The notes under the pieces are model-generated. The model had not been told where the DNA came from, searched no databases, and worked only from the letters and a program-made list of their open reading frames with translations. Of a stretch of DNA of 64,000 nucleotides, positions 60,143 to 64,000 are shown in pieces. The position numbers and the translations under genes are program-made. Every line of letters begins with the position of its first letter. Position 1 is the stretch's first letter. The DNA is from an uncultured virus (IMG/VR IMGVR_UViG_2700989659_000001) (Duplodnaviria; Heunggongvirae; Uroviricota; Caudoviricetes): IMG/VR virus record IMGVR_UViG_2700989659_000001; one strand, written 5' to 3'.

Positions 60143-60799
60143 CTATAAACTTAATTCTTCTGGAATACCATTTTGTTTCTTTTCTGCTTTTTCTTTTTCA
60201 ATCTGCTTTTGCTTATCTCTCAATTTTTTCATACAAATAGCTAAGTTTTTATTTTTTATATCTTCAACTTTACTTGCATTCAGTTCTTCCAAAAATTCGG
60301 CTTCATTTATCCCAGTTTCTTTAATAAGTTTTTTAATAACTGTTATGGCTGCCTTATCTATTTTTATATCTCCTTCATTAAGTGGAGCTTTATCAAGTCC
60401 TAAACCTTCAATTGTATCTGCGTCACTTATTTCGAATGCATCAAAATATAAATATCTTTTTACTTGTGTCCTAGTTCCTCCTAAATTCTGCATTTCATTA
60501 AGTTCAGGAACTGAAGATATTTCAACCGGAAAATCAAAAGGTATTTTACTTTTAGGATCATCATTGTCTATAATATCTAAAAACGCTTTGTCTCTAGTAA
60601 ATCTAAATTTAGTAGTTATTCCTTTTTGATGGCATAGAATTGTAACATGTGGTAAAAAATCTTCTAATTGAAAATATTCATATTTTAAGGATCCGTTAGA
60701 ATTAAACACTTTTCCACTTTTAGTAAGCTTTTTTTTAGTTAATTCCTGTCTAACTTCATCTAATTTTTTGTATATATTTAAACTAACTTTTTCACTCAT
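60143..60799 (-). CDS. ERF-family ssDNA annealing protein
   Basis: K.G.....KY.YF.L.D, Q.LG...T..KRY....F.I.D. Confidence 0.8.
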   Translation of the reverse strand: MSEKVSLNIYKKLDEVRQELTKKKLTKSGKVFNSNGSLKYEYFQLEDFLPHVTILCHQKGITTKFRFTRDKAFLDIIDNDDPKSKIPFDFPVEISSVPELNEMQNLGGTRTQVKRYLYFDAFEISDADTIEGLGLDKAPLNEGDIKIDKAAITVIKKLIKETGINEAEFLEELNASKVEDIKNKNLAICMKKLRDKQKQIEKEKAEKKQNGIPEELSL

Positions 60800-60811
60800 T
60801 TAATACCCTCC

Positions 60812-61015
60812 CTATTTCTCTATATATGATGCACTATAGTCATGAACTTCAATAGAAGTTAAAATCATACTATGAAGCTCATCATAATTATTTCTTAATT
60901 CCTCAGCAAGCTCACTATCTGGTAAAGCATTCACTATATCATTTATAAGTGAACTTACTGTAGCTGCTTTCTGTTCAAATTGCCTAAGGTTCACTTTCAA
61001 TTTGCATTCCTCCAC
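60812..61015 (-). CDS. Hypothetical protein
   Basis: Operon context. Confidence 0.55.
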   Translation of the reverse strand: MEECKLKVNLRQFEQKAATVSSLINDIVNALPDSELAEELRNNYDELHSMILTSIEVHDYSASYIEK

Positions 61016-61180
61016 TTCTGTGTTATAATTTAGTTGATTTATTTACTATGCTGCTTTGGACCACTTTGGTCGGTGTCCTCAGTAGCTTTTTTATTTATCC
61101 CCCTACACCATGGACATTTATATCCATCCTTAGGTACTTGAGCTTTTATGCTTATATTCCAGACCAATCCACATTTACAC

Positions 61181-61384
61181 CTAGCAACCATAAATCATCA
61201 TCCTTTGCTTATGGGCTATTAACGGGTCTAGCTTTTGACTTAATTTAACTGTTTCATCTGCTGTAAGATTGGGATTATTATCAATGCTTGTCTCCATTTC
61301 TGCCTTAGCTTTTTCTATTGCCCGGTCAAGCTCTTCCATAGTTTCTTCTTTCGTTCCATTACAATAGATCATAAAACCTTGCAT
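61181..61384 (-). CDS. Spo0E-like protein
   Basis: GGAGG RBS; IE..K.EM...ETVKLSQKLD.LI. Confidence 0.7.
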   Translation of the reverse strand: MQGFMIYCNGTKEETMEELDRAIEKAKAEMETSIDNNPNLTADETVKLSQKLDPLIAHKQRMMIYGC

Positions 61385-61539
61385 TTTAAATCCTCCTGTA
61401 TTTCTGATTCACTAAATTTGTTTTGCTGATAATTAAGCGAATCTAAATTTCTACAAATATACTTATCTTCGTATTGGTCGTATATTTCAACTTCCCAATT
61501 TTCTCCTTTGTGATTGAATACTGTTCCTGATTCAATCAA
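61369..61539 (-). CDS. 56-aa hypothetical protein
   Basis: AAGGAGG RBS, TTG start. Confidence 0.55.
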   Translation of the reverse strand: MIESGTVFNHKGENWEVEIYDQYEDKYICRNLDSLNYQQNKFSESEIQEDLKCKVL

Positions 61540-61584
61540 GTTTAATTCCTCCTTTTACTTTTTCTTTCAACATATGGTAGAATA

Positions 61585-62055
61585 TTGTTGAAAGGGGGTA
61601 TTTTTATGTCTAATTTTTTATGGAATTTAAATATTGAAGTTATATCATGTGGTTGGGAATCCGTTTATCAATCTGCATTAAAAGAATGTCCTAATGGTAA
61701 GATTGAAGAAATAATCCTTTCAGATTCTTCCGGAATTCATACTGAAAAATGTATTTATGATCCTATCAAATGTAGAAAGCTAATCATAGAAACATTTAAT
61801 TCTTTAAAATCTAAAGCAATTGAACTATACGTTAATAGATTTAATGAGGATTTTAAAGAGTGTTGTAATAAATTAATCCATATAGATATTACATTGTACA
61901 ATCTATTAAGAGAATGGACTTATACAAATGATGTTTTCAGTAATGATGATTTCCAACCGGAAAATATTATAAAAATTATTGATAATAATCAGACTGATTC
62001 ATATTTTGAAAATTGTGATTCGAAATTTGATTCGTTGAAATTTATTAATCTTTAA
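61585..62055 (+). CDS. Hypothetical moron protein (start probably 61606)
   Basis: GGGGG RBS, own promoter. Confidence 0.65.
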   Translation: MLKGGIFMSNFLWNLNIEVISCGWESVYQSALKECPNGKIEEIILSDSSGIHTEKCIYDPIKCRKLIIETFNSLKSKAIELYVNRFNEDFKECCNKLIHIDITLYNLLREWTYTNDVFSNDDFQPENIIKIIDNNQTDSYFENCDSKFDSLKFINL

Positions 62056-62632
62056 TCATTATTTTTGGATTTACTATATACCCATTAATAAACTTAAATA
62101 ATTTATCAGTGTTTATATTGGTACTTCCACCTTTTCTTAAATTTTTAACCTCTTGAATTGAAATTCCCAGTTGTTCGGAGATTAAATTAAGTCCATTGTT
62201 CCGAACTGCATTATCTAGAATAATTTTCAAAAAATTATCTGAGCTTTCAAATTTATGATTTTGAAGATTGTTCCAAATTAATTCTTCTGGCTGCTCTTGA
62301 ACTGGTACTTCTTGAGCAGTTCTTACTGGAATCCCTATCTCATCTCTAACCAATCTAATTTGACTATCTGTAATAATTACTGCACAATGCGGGTCCTGAT
62401 TTTTCTTAAGATAATTAGCTACTGGTGTACAAGCTTCTTCTAGTAATCTCATTTCATATTCCTTCTTAGAAATACTAGGTTCAAATCCACAATCTTTATG
62501 GTCGGTTAATTCCAATACCTTCTTAATAATCCTTATACTATCATCCACATATGATTCAACCTGGTCGTTTTCAGTTATATCTATACATCTAAGATTTACG
62601 AGAACCTCTTCTAATGCTTTTTTATAGCTCAT
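62045..62632 (-). CDS. Hypothetical protein with C-terminal HTH
   Basis: AGGAGG RBS; ISEQLGIS..EV. Confidence 0.65.
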   Translation of the reverse strand: MSYKKALEEVLVNLRCIDITENDQVESYVDDSIRIIKKVLELTDHKDCGFEPSISKKEYEMRLLEEACTPVANYLKKNQDPHCAVIITDSQIRLVRDEIGIPVRTAQEVPVQEQPEELIWNNLQNHKFESSDNFLKIILDNAVRNNGLNLISEQLGISIQEVKNLRKGGSTNINTDKLFKFINGYIVNPKIMIKD

Positions 62633-62668
62633 TTTTGTGTTCCTCCTACAATATTTTTGTTATGTTAA

Positions 62669-63370
62669 TTAGCTTGGACTATTACATCCTTTAATCATTA
62701 ACTCCAATTCTCGATTTGGCTTCCAATTAATTATTGTTTGTTTACCTAAGTCAAAATCTTTTATAGCAGTATCCTTATAAGACGCTACATTAAGTGAAGC
62801 CTCATAGTCGTTCCAGCATTGTCTAAAAGCTTTCTTCCCTAGTTCTTTATAGGCCGGAGCTTCTTTACCTCCTAAAATAGCTATGACTTTACTATTAACT
62901 AAGTCACATAAAACTTTTTGCTTTCCAGTTTCGATTGTCATTCTCTCTTCTATAACTGTTACCCTATTATCTAATTCAACCGTTCTTTCATCTATCGCAA
63001 ATATTGCCTGAAGTTCCTTAGATAGTTTAGGCATTTGTACCTTAGGCTTAAAATAGCTTTCTTCTAACGTCTCATATACTTCCCAGGCTTCATCCGTATC
63101 AAGAATTTTTGCATGCCTTGCTGCTCCTCTATCTGTCCAAAGTATTAATTCACTAGCAAATTTAAGGTTACCTTCTAAATGAAGGTTGGCTTTAAACTCT
63201 TTTAATTCATCACCTGTTAATCTGTAATAATGTTTCCCTTTTGTAAATCTTCCTTCATTTCTTTTGAAATTTTGTTGAATTATTTTATCATCAGTTCCAA
63301 ACTCATCAGCTAAAACTTTAGTTAAAATAATTCTTTGATTTTTAAATTCTAATGGCATTAATTTATTCAT
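62669..63370 (-). CDS. ORF6N/ORF6C antirepressor-like protein
   Basis: I.QNF.RN..RF..GKHY, LWT.RGA.RHAK.LDTD.AW. Confidence 0.88.
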   Translation of the reverse strand: MNKLMPLEFKNQRIILTKVLADEFGTDDKIIQQNFKRNEGRFTKGKHYYRLTGDELKEFKANLHLEGNLKFASELILWTDRGAARHAKILDTDEAWEVYETLEESYFKPKVQMPKLSKELQAIFAIDERTVELDNRVTVIEERMTIETGKQKVLCDLVNSKVIAILGGKEAPAYKELGKKAFRQCWNDYEASLNVASYKDTAIKDFDLGKQTIINWKPNRELELMIKGCNSPS

Positions 63371-63436
63371 AGATTGTCCTCCTCTTCTATTTAATAAAGG
63401 TTTTTACATTATTTTGTAGAATATACCACTTGAAAG

Positions 63437-63829
63437 GTGGTGATACCTATGCATCTAAATATTGATTGTGTTCGCGATATACTTCTAACAGTTGAAAATA
63501 ATGAATTTGGCAATCATTTTAAACTAACTAAATTGTGTGAAAAAATTCCTAACTATACTCAAGATGAAATTCATTATGCCTGTCTTAAGTTATACGAAGG
63601 TGAATATCTCGATTTGAATACACTAAATATAATTGATCAAACCATGCCTACTATTAAATCAATTAATGATTTAACGTTCCAAGGTCATGAATTTTTAGAA
63701 AATATTAAAAGCACTTCAAATTGGGATAAAGTTAAAAATGGTTGCAAAACAGTTGGTTCTTTTTCTCTTCCTGTTATACGAACTATTGCTACACAACTAA
63801 TAACCGAAGCTATTAAGAAAGTTTTTTAA
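63437..63829 (+). CDS. DUF2513/YjcQ-family protein
   Basis: DCVRDILL, LT..GHEFL.NI. Confidence 0.8.
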   Translation: MVIPMHLNIDCVRDILLTVENNEFGNHFKLTKLCEKIPNYTQDEIHYACLKLYEGEYLDLNTLNIIDQTMPTIKSINDLTFQGHEFLENIKSTSNWDKVKNGCKTVGSFSLPVIRTIATQLITEAIKKVF

Positions 63830-63998
63830 ATTTCAATTTTAACTTAAAGCTATTAAATGAGTTTTCAGCACACCATTTGATAGCTTTCTTAATTTCGTCG
63901 TCTGTAGGTGCTTTCATATTATTCTCTTCCATATAACGAATCATTCCAGCTAGTCCATAAAAATACGATATCCATTTAACCACTGCCAATATAGCTAC
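63813..63998 (-). CDS. 3' part of a small membrane protein running off the window
   Basis: Open frame VAILAVVKW...KLS*. Confidence 0.45.
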   Translation of the reverse strand, partial: VAILAVVKWISYFYGLAGMIRYMEENNMKAPTDDEIKKAIKWCAENSFNSFKLKLKFKKLS

Positions 63999-64000
63999 TG

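Larger units (their letters stand above)
1..64000 (-). mobile_element. Temperate prophage/phage (contractile PBSX/Xkd-type tail) with post-lysin accessory region; continues past the right edge
   Basis: Colinear replication, packaging, head, tail and lysis modules from 15273 to 63829. Inclusion of 1-15200 is inferred from shared terminator repeats and HTH/ATPase genes. No att or integrase seen. Confidence 0.9.

Overview
Low-GC Clostridium-type DNA (choline-binding-type lysin repeats and orphan MglB/family-3 solute-binding genes point to the C. beijerinckii group; inference). Almost the whole window is one temperate myovirus-like (PBSX/Xkd-type tail) prophage on the minus strand. From right to left: antirepressor, recombination and replication genes (ERF, DUF1351, initiator with iterons, two sigma-70 factors, beta clamp, RecU), late regulator, terminase/portal/capsid, contractile tail, baseplate, fibres, holins and a two-catalytic-domain endolysin. 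Left of the lysin is a ~15 kb accessory region of cassettes bounded by repeated terminators: a translationally coupled NA37/YejK-family + RelA/SpoT small alarmone synthetase operon (best candidate for an undescribed toxin-antitoxin/anti-phage system), three solute-binding proteins, a diguanylate cyclase, a Spo0E-like phosphatase, candidate sRNAs and a VirD4/VirB4-like ATPase with a pilin-like gene. Other notable signals: a frameshifted second NA37 gene, a 28-aa peptide with 15 Cys bracketed by a boxA-like motif and a 15-bp inverted repeat that could act as an antiterminator, non-ATG starts, a -1 tail-chaperone frameshift, recurring GEM motifs in head proteins and an 11-6-11 recombinase-like site. 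No integrase, repressor, att site, tRNA, rRNA or CRISPR array was seen. All family assignments are from motif recognition by eye, not database searches.
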